Shown here piece after piece: positions 49,930-58,483 of a stretch of DNA of 64,000 nucleotides; the first letter of the stretch is position 1, and each line of letters starts with the position of its first letter. Position numbers and translations under genes: made by a program. The stretch comes from an uncultured Myxococcales bacterium (GTDB taxonomy: Bacteria; Myxococcota; Kuafuiibacteriia; Kuafuiibacteriales; Kuafuiibacteriaceae), in contig CAZFIV010000020.1 in NCBI GenBank assembly GCA_964519665.1, positions 9,268 through 73,267 on the forward strand, in the 5' to 3' direction. The notes under the pieces were generated by a model. That model searched no databases. It saw nothing but the letters and a program-made list of their open reading frames with translations, and was not told where the DNA came from.

Positions 49930-52836
49930 TCACAGGCTGAACCAGGCGATCATGAGGAGGAACACGATCAGCAGCGATAAGCCGAACGCGATAAGAACGG
50001 TCATGAGCAGACTCGGTCCGGACCGAGCGGGCGCCGCGGGCATCCTGTCGATCGAAAATGGTCCGCTGCCGTAGGGAGCGGCTTGCACCTGCCTCGACGC
50101 CGTGGGGGACGACGACACGTCAGAGGCCGGCGCCGGAAGGACTTTGGTGGGTGGCGCGGAGGTTCGTACCGCGCCGGGCTCGGACGTCTCCGGCGCCCCG
50201 GGGGTTCGTGCGGTCAGGGGCGACGGTAGCTCCCCCAACTTGGGGCCAGCGGCACTCCCTGCGGACGGCGGAGACTCGGTTGCCGTCGGCGCGAGGTACT
50301 GAAAATGGTACCGAGCTAGAGCCGGCGGCGGGAGATTGCGGTGAGGGTCTTGGGGCAGCGGTTGCTCCCAGAAGACGGGTCGAATGTCGTGCCCCAGCGA
50401 CAAGGCGTATTGCACTTCTTCGAGCACGTACACGGACGTCATCGCATTGCTCGACCAGAACAGCTGAAACACGTCGGCGGTGCGGATCATCTCTTCCAGA
50501 CGGTCAGTCCATACTTCGCCCGCCCGCAGGTCGAGTAGATCGATGAGGTATCGGTCGCCCAGTCCGCGGGCGAAGGCTTCGAAGGAGCGAACGATCGGGA
50601 GGTCTCGGCGGCTGTATGACGCGAAGATTCTCCGGTATCGGCGACCGTCTTCGGGAACGATCGGGGAAGACGGCGTCACGGAGTCATGCGGCTCGACCCG
50701 CAAGGCCAAAGGCACATCCCCGACCAGCACCGCACCATAGAACACGCTGATCAAGCCGCGGTGAATCTGACCGGGGTTGTCCGATCGGGCCCGGAATCGG
50801 GTCAGATGCACGTCTTCGCTCCAAACGAAGGACGCGGAGGGCGGGTTGAAGGTCACGCCGTTGACGGCGGGCATGATCGTGAGCGTGCCATCCCGTGGGA
50901 TGGCCGATCGGGCATCGGTCGTCCCGGTTCGATAGTCGTGGACCGCTTCGCCGAGCGCCCCGGCGGCGAGCCGTTGCACCTGCGCCTGGGGATCCGGACT
51001 CTCAGACGGGGCCTCGGGACGCTTCTCAGACAGGTGAGCGAAAAAGAGGACGTCGGACCACTGCTTCGCGACCAGATGCTGGGGACGATAGACCGTGAAC
51101 TGTACATTCTCATCGAAAGCCGGCACGAACCCCGCTGGGCCATCCAGACGGATACGGTCGGCGGATGGGGGGGGCTCGCCCTCATCGAGGTCGATCTTTT
51201 CGTCTTGTCGCGCCTCGGGCTCCCTCGGCCGGTCGAGGTTGCTCCAGGGTACGTCGGCGTCGACGACCTCGGTGTCGACGAGCTTGGGGCCGTCGAACGG
51301 GTCGTCGGGCGGGATGACCCCTGCCGACCCGGGGTCGTTCTTGGTCCTCGTCAACTCCGTCAGCAGGGCTTGAGCCGGTCTATGCGTCGGGTCGTGCCGA
51401 AGAATCTCATTGAGCCGGCGGGTCGCGTGGTCGACCAGGCCGTATTGAGCGAAGGTAACAGCTTCGAGCCAATCCTTCTGCAACGAATCAGGAGGGGACG
51501 GCGGAGGCACCAAGTCCGCCGCGAGGCTGGTAGGGCCCCGACGCCCTCCGCGCCGAGGTAGCGGCCGTTCTTCCTGTTCGACGAAGCGGGCGTCGGGCCC
51601 AGCGGGTGGCTGGTCGGTGGCGAGTCGCTCGGACGGCTCCGGAAGCTCCGGTTCCAGGAAGTCTTCCTCGATCAGGTCGGGCGGAGCCGTGGGGATCGCA
51701 TCGGGTGCGTCGAAGAGCGGCGGGTGGTCGACGAGACCGTCGCCCGGCTGCGTTATGACGATCTGTTCGCCTTCGGTCTCGGAAGGGACTATAGGCGGGA
51801 CAACGACCGTGTCCATGTCGAGATCGAGGGTCGACCCAGCCTCTTTCTGGGCGACCTCCGCCTGCGGAAGCGGGTCTTCGCGATAACCGGTAGGTCGTCG
51901 GCGTCGCCTGGGGATGAGGTCGGACGGTTCGCCGCCCGGCGAAGGGACGCTGCCGCGCAGCGGGACCGATCCCGAACCCGACGAGGTTGGGGGGCTCGCC
52001 CGGGGTCGACGATGGCGCTGGACACTCGCGTCGACCTGCTGAACGACGTCATCGATCGAGGGGCGCGCGTCCGGGTCGCGCCTGAGACACTGCTGCGCGA
52101 CGGACCGCAAACGCTCCCGCGGCGCGCCGAGATTTCGGGGCAGGATGTCGAGCGCCGCTTCGATGATCCGTCCGAATCCGAATACGTCGGCGGACGTCGT
52201 CGGAAAAGGCGCATCCTCACGGTCCATGAAGTCTCGGACTTCGGGAGCCCACGTCTGAGCCCGGGCGGCCCGGGTCAGGGCCCATCGATCACGGTCGGTT
52301 TGCAGGGTGGGAGCGACGAACAGGTCGAGCCCAGGTCGAAGCAGCGCGATAGAGCCCTCCACGCGGCGTAAGATTTGCGAGGGCCGTAGCCCTCCGTGGA
52401 GCAAGCCTTGCCCGTGAAGCGCATTCAGCGCTTCGAGGGCCGACAATAGCAGGTTGACCATCTCGGCTACGGACGGTTCGGCGTCTTGCGTCCAGCGGTC
52501 GTTAACCGACCAGCCGTCGATCCATGGTGCGACGAGGAAGGTGCCGCGGTTGTCGCGGCCGAGGGTGATCTTGCGGGGGCCCCATGCTTCCATCGTCCCA
52601 TCGGGGGAGAATTGGCCCCACTGCACCCATCGGCCGAGTGCCTCCTGCAGGACCTCTTGCTTAGGCCATCGGACGAACAGCTTGAGGAAGACTTCTTCAC
52701 TCTCTTTGTGATCGTGAGCCTGGTAGGCGGGCCCCAAGACGCGCCCCCGCTGCTGCGTGACCAGCGAGTATCGGTTCTGGACCAACGCTCCGATGTGCTC
52801 CTGGCCGAAGCGCACAGCGGACCAACTGTAGCCCAT
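49930..52836 (-). CDS. Multidomain protein: degenerate Ser/Thr kinase, Pro-rich linker, TPR-like hairpin, beta domain, TIR domain, C-terminal TM
   Basis: Kinase: VFLKLF, HGGLRPSQI, WAPE, ADVFGFG, CLRRDPDARP. TIR: IFASYSRRD...LFWSSNAMTSVYVLEEVQYAL. TM at the extreme C-terminus. Start approximate. Confidence 0.8.
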   Translation of the reverse strand: MGYSWSAVRFGQEHIGALVQNRYSLVTQQRGRVLGPAYQAHDHKESEEVFLKLFVRWPKQEVLQEALGRWVQWGQFSPDGTMEAWGPRKITLGRDNRGTFLVAPWIDGWSVNDRWTQDAEPSVAEMVNLLLSALEALNALHGQGLLHGGLRPSQILRRVEGSIALLRPGLDLFVAPTLQTDRDRWALTRAARAQTWAPEVRDFMDREDAPFPTTSADVFGFGRIIEAALDILPRNLGAPRERLRSVAQQCLRRDPDARPSIDDVVQQVDASVQRHRRPRASPPTSSGSGSVPLRGSVPSPGGEPSDLIPRRRRRPTGYREDPLPQAEVAQKEAGSTLDLDMDTVVVPPIVPSETEGEQIVITQPGDGLVDHPPLFDAPDAIPTAPPDLIEEDFLEPELPEPSERLATDQPPAGPDARFVEQEERPLPRRGGRRGPTSLAADLVPPPSPPDSLQKDWLEAVTFAQYGLVDHATRRLNEILRHDPTHRPAQALLTELTRTKNDPGSAGVIPPDDPFDGPKLVDTEVVDADVPWSNLDRPREPEARQDEKIDLDEGEPPPSADRIRLDGPAGFVPAFDENVQFTVYRPQHLVAKQWSDVLFFAHLSEKRPEAPSESPDPQAQVQRLAAGALGEAVHDYRTGTTDARSAIPRDGTLTIMPAVNGVTFNPPSASFVWSEDVHLTRFRARSDNPGQIHRGLISVFYGAVLVGDVPLALRVEPHDSVTPSSPIVPEDGRRYRRIFASYSRRDLPIVRSFEAFARGLGDRYLIDLLDLRAGEVWTDRLEEMIRTADVFQLFWSSNAMTSVYVLEEVQYALSLGHDIRPVFWEQPLPQDPHRNLPPPALARYHFQYLAPTATESPPSAGSAAGPKLGELPSPLTARTPGAPETSEPGAVRTSAPPTKVLPAPASDVSSSPTASRQVQAAPYGSGPFSIDRMPAAPARSGPSLLMTVLIAFGLSLLIVFLLMIAWFSL

Positions 52837-53044
52837 AACTCGACGGGGCAAAAAGACGATGCTGTGTCTTCCGAGGGCGCTTCTGCAAGCCGGCGTCATC
52901 GGACGGGGCGCGGTCGCGACGGATCCGGGAATCCTTAGCGTTCCCCGGATCCCCGACCGACCGCGGGTCTGGTAAGGCCTGCGATGGATCGTCGCGGACC
53001 GCCGAAGGCGAGACAACCCACCCGGTGAGGGGTACGGATAGGGC

Positions 53045-54418
53045 ATGGACGTCGCGCGTAACTTCCGGATCTACGTCTCGCTGGCCGCGATGGCCGCAGT
53101 CATGGTCGCGGTTTTCGTCCTGTCGGTCTGGCAACTCGGATTCTGGCGGCGTTCCGGCAATTGGACGATCGCCACCGGGCATCCCGAGGGGATGTATTTT
53201 GCCCTCGGCAATGAGCTTGAAGAGATGCTCGATGGCGCGATGCCCGACGACAGGTTCACCCTGCGGGTTTCGGCGGGAAGCGTCGAAAACATGCGGCTGA
53301 TCGCCACCGGCGAGGTGGACTTCGCGTTCGTACAAAGCGACACCCGTCCCAGCCGCAATGCCCGGTTGATCGCAACCCTCTACACCGAAGTCGTCCACAT
53401 CGCGGTGCGTGCCGATTTGGTCGAAAGCGGCCAAGTCACCCAGCTCGAAGACTTGCGCACCCTTGAGTCCGTCTCGTTAGGGCCCGAAGGCAGCGGCACC
53501 CAACGGGCTGCCGAAAAGCTCCTGCAGCACTTCGAGATCGAAGTGCGCCCGGAGTGGAAACCGACCGATCCATCCCGGCTCCATCAAGCGTTTCTTCAGC
53601 GCCGGCTCGAGGCGGCCTTCGTTTTGGTCGGGCCGGGCACTGAATTCGGGCGAAAACTCTTCTCGGGGGGGGATGTCGAGCTGCTTTCGCTTGGCGCGGG
53701 CCTTCCGGGCGGTACCCCGGCCGATGCGTTCGCGATCCGGTTTCCGGCCTTCAAGCCGGCGCTGCTGCCGGCGCGACTTTATGGGCAGTACCCGCCGGAG
53801 GCGAAGCAGACCATCGGCGTAACGGCCGCGCTGGTCGCGTCGGAGGTCGTGAGCGACGAGGTTGTTCGCCGGGTGACCGAGCTGCTCTTCGAGCGCCGCA
53901 ACGAGCTGCAGCGCCGGGATGTCCCTCCTCAGCCCCACGGGGGTCACATGGCCGAATTCCCGCTCGATTTCGGGACCGCCGACGAGGTGCAGCGACATGT
54001 CATACCGCTTCATCCGGGGGCGGACTCCTTCTACCGGCGCGAACGTCCGTCGTTTTTGGTGACCTACGCCGAGGTCATCAGTCTCGGCATCACCCTGCTC
54101 GTCGGCTTGTATTCGATCGCTTCGCTCTTTCTCCGGTGGCGGGCCGACCTGAAGAAAGAGCGAATCGATGACTACTACGCCGAGATTCGAAGTGTTGCCG
54201 AGCTGCCGACGAGCCAGCGGCTCAAGGCGCTGTACCGGATCAGAGAGCGTGCGTTCGACGAGCTCATGGCCGAGCGACTCGCCGCCAACGACGCATTCGT
54301 GATCTTCCACGACTACGTCATGAGCGAAGTGGGTCGGACGGAGCGGGAGGCGGAAGCCGTGCGGCGCCGTCGGAAGTCGACTAAGGCTCGTCGTCGGGTC
54401 GCTTCCGAACGCGAATGA
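53045..54418 (+). CDS. TAXI-family TRAP solute-binding protein with C-terminal TM and cytoplasmic tail
   Basis: IATGHPEGMY, SAGSVENM, AFVQSD, LYTEVVH, GPEGSGT, IPLHPGA. Confidence 0.88.
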   Translation: MDVARNFRIYVSLAAMAAVMVAVFVLSVWQLGFWRRSGNWTIATGHPEGMYFALGNELEEMLDGAMPDDRFTLRVSAGSVENMRLIATGEVDFAFVQSDTRPSRNARLIATLYTEVVHIAVRADLVESGQVTQLEDLRTLESVSLGPEGSGTQRAAEKLLQHFEIEVRPEWKPTDPSRLHQAFLQRRLEAAFVLVGPGTEFGRKLFSGGDVELLSLGAGLPGGTPADAFAIRFPAFKPALLPARLYGQYPPEAKQTIGVTAALVASEVVSDEVVRRVTELLFERRNELQRRDVPPQPHGGHMAEFPLDFGTADEVQRHVIPLHPGADSFYRRERPSFLVTYAEVISLGITLLVGLYSIASLFLRWRADLKKERIDDYYAEIRSVAELPTSQRLKALYRIRERAFDELMAERLAANDAFVIFHDYVMSEVGRTEREAEAVRRRRKSTKARRRVASERE

Positions 54419-55028
54419 CGCCCTGGGTGGTCGCTCGTCGCTGCGACGGTGGCGGCGGACCGTGGGGCTCGTCGTTGCCCGGCCGCTCTTCCGAATTGGG
54501 CGGAAGAATCCCCGCATCGGTATCCGCGACGTCCAAGGTTGCAGCGGCGCACTTTCGGCACAAGGCCCGCGCTTCGTGCCGAGGAATGAAGTGCAGCGTG
54601 TCGTCGGCGCCGCATCGGACGCAGGTAATGGACCGCGCGACCCGGGTGCCGTGCTCGGTGCGGACCTTCGGGTGTTCTCGGCCTGCCTTTTCGCTCTGCT
54701 TCGCGGAGCCGTCCAAGAGTTCGTCGGCAGGACGGCTCGGGGTGCCGCTTCGATGGTGTCGGCGAAGCGGCGCGGTCTCGGCACCTCGAGAGGCGCGGCC
54801 GCGGGGCGCTCGAGCGCCCGGTCGCGGATCGTGTCCGTCGCGGGCCCCGGTAGAACCGCCTCGGTTTGATCCGCGCGCGTGTCGGGCGGAGCCCGCCTCC
54901 GCGCTCGATGGGCGCCCCCATTGATCGTCGGGTCGTGGGTCGACGCCCTGCGATGATGCCGAACCGGCCTTTCGAGGCTGCCGGCGCCCGGTGCCAGGGG
55001 ATGTTCCGCCGTTCGATTGTTCGGTCAC
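54381..55028 (-). CDS. Arg-rich disordered protein with a CxxC-x17-CxxC zinc ribbon
   Basis: CVRC-GADDTLHFIPRHEARAL-CRKC (exactly 17-residue spacer); GGAGG RBS before GTG at 55028. Confidence 0.7.
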   Translation of the reverse strand: MTEQSNGGTSPGTGRRQPRKAGSASSQGVDPRPDDQWGRPSSAEAGSARHARGSNRGGSTGARDGHDPRPGARAPRGRASRGAETAPLRRHHRSGTPSRPADELLDGSAKQSEKAGREHPKVRTEHGTRVARSITCVRCGADDTLHFIPRHEARALCRKCAAATLDVADTDAGILPPNSEERPGNDEPHGPPPPSQRRATTQGVIRVRKRPDDEP

Positions 55029-55088
55029 GTAGGTCCCTCCGAAGCCTTGGCATTTCTTCGTAGAAACACGCAGGCTCAAATGTTGCGC

Positions 55089-55105
55089 ATACACAGGTGT
55101 TCAGC
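55089..55105 (+). promoter_or_regulatory. Myxococcus-type LexA (SOS) box
   Basis: ATACACAGGTGTTCAGC matches CTRHAMRYBYGTTCAGS at 15/17 positions, ending 15 bp before the lexA start. Confidence 0.7.
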
Positions 55106-55120
55106 TAAGGTCCACCCGTC

Positions 55121-55858
55121 ATGCAGGGGCTCACTGGGCGACAGCGAGAGATTTTGGAGTTCATCACCAAGCGCATTGAGGAGCAGGGTTATCCGCCGAC
55201 CATTCGCGAGATTGGCGAGCACATGGGTATCAAATCCACGAACGGCGTGAATGATCATCTCAAGGCCCTCGAGCGCAAGGGCTTTCTGAAGCGCGAGGGG
55301 CTCAAATCTCGCGCTCTTCGCCCGGTGCAGGCGGAAGGCGGCAGCACCGGGCCAGCCGCCCGCATTGGCGGTTCGCTTGGCTCGGGCGCCGTTGATGTTG
55401 CCGGCTCCGAACCGGGGATCGAATCCAACGTGGTCAGCGCCGTTATTCCCGATCGTGGCGCCACCATCGCCGTTCCGGTGCTCGGGCGCGTCGCGGCGGG
55501 CGCTCCTATTCTCGCCGACGAGCACCCCGAAGCAACGGTGCATATCGACAGCTTCTTCCTCGGCGGCAAGAGCGGAGAGAAGATTTTCGCGCTCCGAGTG
55601 ACCGGCGACTCAATGATCGAGGCCGGGATCCTCGACGGCGACTATATCTTCGTTCGCAAACAGCTGGAGGCTCGGCGCAGTGACATCGTGGTCGCGATGA
55701 TCGACGGTGAGGCGACGGTGAAGCGGTTCGAGCCCAAAGGCGACGTCATCCACTTTGTGCCCGAGAACTCGTCGATGGATCCGATCGTCGTGCGCCGTTC
55801 TGACTTCCGAAACACGTGTATTCTGGGCGTTGTCGTGGGCGTCTATCGAAACGTCTGA
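55121..55858 (+). CDS. lexA: SOS repressor LexA
   Basis: [19 protein letters not shown] cleavage site (VAAGAP), Ser in GDSM, Lys in TVKR; extended G/S/A linker. Confidence 0.96.
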   Translation: MQGLTGRQREILEFITKRIEEQGYPPTIREIGEHMGIKSTNGVNDHLKALERKGFLKREGLKSRALRPVQAEGGSTGPAARIGGSLGSGAVDVAGSEPGIESNVVSAVIPDRGATIAVPVLGRVAAGAPILADEHPEATVHIDSFFLGGKSGEKIFALRVTGDSMIEAGILDGDYIFVRKQLEARRSDIVVAMIDGEATVKRFEPKGDVIHFVPENSSMDPIVVRRSDFRNTCILGVVVGVYRNV

Positions 55859-55867
55859 GCGTGGGGG

Positions 55868-57457
55868 TCAATCTAGCTTGCGGGCTCTGAGCCCACCGAC
55901 CACGCCGCCCATCGGGGTCAGGGGCGTGCCGTTCGTCGACGGCCGAAGGGCCCGGATGACAGGTTCTCTCCACGACAGGCCGGTATCGATCGGGTTCCGA
56001 TCCATGGACTGAAAGGTGAAGCCGTCTCCGCCGGTGTACATGAAGTCGATGATCAGCACCTCGTAGACCTTGCGGTCGGCGATCGGCTCGCCGTCCATAT
56101 CGAAGACTTCCACGACTGTTCGGGCCTTGCCGGGCCCTTCGGACTGTCGGTAGGCCCAAGTCATGCCCCCCACGACCGGCTTATCGATCGCGAGTTGGCT
56201 TCGGATCTGAGCCCCGGTGAGCTTGACGCGTTGGATGTTGTTTTCGAATGGCATCGCGCTCAGCAGATCGCTCATCGTGACCGGGCCCGACTCGATGCTC
56301 TGGCGGAGACCACCGTGGTTCAGCATCGCGAAGTCGGCTTCCGGCATCGCTTGCAACCAGCTGTCGACAACAAAATGGCCCAACGGGCTCTCGCCGAACG
56401 TACCGGTGGGCAGAGGGACGTCGAGGCGGCCGATGCGCTCCGACGTCGTCGATTCTGCGTGGGCCATTGCGCGCTCGACCACTGCCCGTACCGCTTCGGG
56501 GACGGGATATGGTGGTGCGCCGACTTCGCCGGTAACGTCGACGGTCTGATCGACGACCCGAAGAACCTGACGGGTGCGGATGTCGAATTCGATATCAAAC
56601 CGGGTGTAGCTTCGGCCGAACGGTCCTGGATTCACGATCTTGGTTCTTCGAACCACGGCCCGCCCTTTGCGGTGGTTTTGACCGGCGACCACGACGTCGA
56701 CGTCGAGGTCGGTGTTTTTTTCAAAGAGCTCAACGCCGGCCTCGACCTCATCGTGAAGAAGAACGACGACCACCTCGGCTCCGGCTTTGCGGACCTCGGG
56801 CAATTCGCGCCGCAGGGTCGCCGCGTACTCTCGAAACTCGAGGTCGGCGACGTTCTTGGCCATCGTCGTCTGCGGCGTGCCGATATAGCACAAGCCCAAG
56901 ATCCCCACCGCCACGCCGTTTCGTTCGACGATCGTCCACGGGCGCACGTAACTGGGGCGGTCGTCGGTTCCGGCGCGATAGATATTGGCGCCGAGAAACG
57001 GGAACCGTGCCTGTTCGATTCGGGCTTGGAGGCTCTCCTGCCCGAAGTCGAATTCGTGATTGGCGACGTTCACCGCCGAGAAACTCAGGAGGTTGTAGAT
57101 CTCGACGACCGGTGCGCCTTTCAACAGGGTGGCGGCGGTCTGCCCAGTCCACATATCGCCGTTGTCCACGAACACCGCGTTGTCGCCGGAGAGTTTCTCT
57201 CGGTGCTCGAGCATGGCCGCGAGGTTTCCGATGCCCCCGTAGTACTGCGGAGATCGGCGCGGCTGCAGGGGGGCGAGCCAGCCGTGGAAGTCGGTCAGTG
57301 CGATGACCGGGATAACGACGGTGTGACTCCGCGACTCGACCGGAGCGCTCGTCGCGCCCCCCAACCTATGCGTCGACGGCCCACAGCCCCCTGCTAGCAG
57401 CATGAAGATGATCGAGAGGGTCGACGCACAAGTGACCCGCCAACGACGAAGCGGCAT
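55868..57457 (-). CDS. Bifunctional metallophosphatase/5'-nucleotidase lipoprotein
   Basis: Lipobox AGGC, TDFHG, DNGD, NHEFD, NHGGLR, MPFEN, GGDGF. Confidence 0.92.
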   Translation of the reverse strand: MPLRRWRVTCASTLSIIFMLLAGGCGPSTHRLGGATSAPVESRSHTVVIPVIALTDFHGWLAPLQPRRSPQYYGGIGNLAAMLEHREKLSGDNAVFVDNGDMWTGQTAATLLKGAPVVEIYNLLSFSAVNVANHEFDFGQESLQARIEQARFPFLGANIYRAGTDDRPSYVRPWTIVERNGVAVGILGLCYIGTPQTTMAKNVADLEFREYAATLRRELPEVRKAGAEVVVVLLHDEVEAGVELFEKNTDLDVDVVVAGQNHRKGRAVVRRTKIVNPGPFGRSYTRFDIEFDIRTRQVLRVVDQTVDVTGEVGAPPYPVPEAVRAVVERAMAHAESTTSERIGRLDVPLPTGTFGESPLGHFVVDSWLQAMPEADFAMLNHGGLRQSIESGPVTMSDLLSAMPFENNIQRVKLTGAQIRSQLAIDKPVVGGMTWAYRQSEGPGKARTVVEVFDMDGEPIADRKVYEVLIIDFMYTGGDGFTFQSMDRNPIDTGLSWREPVIRALRPSTNGTPLTPMGGVVGGLRARKLD

Positions 57458-57510
57458 GAAGACGGGCAATAGTCTTTGCGCTTGGACAGATCAATGCTTA
57501 GTGGCCTTCA

Positions 57511-58446
57511 GTGGAATACTACTTCGCGCGTTACGGCGATCTCGAGCTGCACCGCCGGATGGTTGCCGACCGATGGCGGACCGAGGCGTTTGCTCGGGCC
57601 CTGCGCGGTGCGGTCCGGCCGGGTGACCATGTTCTCGACGTGGGGACCGGAACGGGCATCCTCGCCATGCTCGCGGCCCAGGCCGGGGCTGAGAAGGTCT
57701 TCGCGGTCGAGCAGTCGCCGATCGCCCAAACGGCGGCGAATCTCGTGAAGGCAAACGGCCTCCAGGATCGTGTCAAGGTGCTCCGAGGTCCTGCGTCCGA
57801 GGTCGATCTCGACGAACCGGTTGACGTATTGGTCAGCGAATGGCTGGGCCACATGGCATTCGTCGAGAACATGCTGGATGACGTGCTGGCTGCTCGAGAT
57901 CGGAACCTGGCCTCGGATGGTCGGATGCTTCCCGTCGACGTCGACCTGAAGCTCGCCCCGATCGGCGACCCGGTCTTATTCCATCAGTTCGGACCGGGCT
58001 TTTGGCGGCGATCCATCGAGGGGCTGGACTTTTCTTCGCTCGAACGGCTCGAGCTCGAGCAAGGTCGAGCGTTGCAGACCCGGGTCGAGGCGTCGACGCT
58101 CCTCGCAGAGCCGGCGAGCCTGGTCCGCCTGGACCTCAAGACCTGCGAGCGCAACGATCCTTTCGGCACGGGCAAACTGACCTTCGAGATAATCCGCGAC
58201 GGCGTGGTCGATGGTTTCGCCGGATGGTTTTCGACGACGCTCGCGGAGAATGTCATTCTCGATACCGGGCCCCGGCAGCCCGAAACCCACTGGTCTCAAA
58301 CCTATTTTGCGTTCGAACCGTTTCCCGTGGATGCCGGTGAGGAGCTCGAAATCGAATTCGGACTGGCCCGAGATCCCGAAGAGCCGCGCCACTTGAAGGT
58401 GACCCTGCACGTCGAGGGCGACGGCCGGACTTATACCGTCGAGTGA
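57511..58446 (+). CDS. SAM-dependent methyltransferase resembling a type I protein arginine N-methyltransferase
   Basis: YFARY, HxxMxxDxxR, VLDVGTGTG, VFAVE, double-E loop SEWLGHMAFVENM, FWRRSIEGLDFS arm, THW loop. Confidence 0.85.
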   Translation: MEYYFARYGDLELHRRMVADRWRTEAFARALRGAVRPGDHVLDVGTGTGILAMLAAQAGAEKVFAVEQSPIAQTAANLVKANGLQDRVKVLRGPASEVDLDEPVDVLVSEWLGHMAFVENMLDDVLAARDRNLASDGRMLPVDVDLKLAPIGDPVLFHQFGPGFWRRSIEGLDFSSLERLELEQGRALQTRVEASTLLAEPASLVRLDLKTCERNDPFGTGKLTFEIIRDGVVDGFAGWFSTTLAENVILDTGPRQPETHWSQTYFAFEPFPVDAGEELEIEFGLARDPEEPRHLKVTLHVEGDGRTYTVE

Positions 58447-58483
58447 TCCGCTGACGAGTCGAAGCGGCCCAAGGCGGCCCCGG

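Noticed and set aside
57511-58446. Ribosomal protein L11 methyltransferase PrmA
   Set aside because: It lacks the PrmA N-terminal domain and FGTGxH motif, and has PRMT-specific double-E and THW loops instead.
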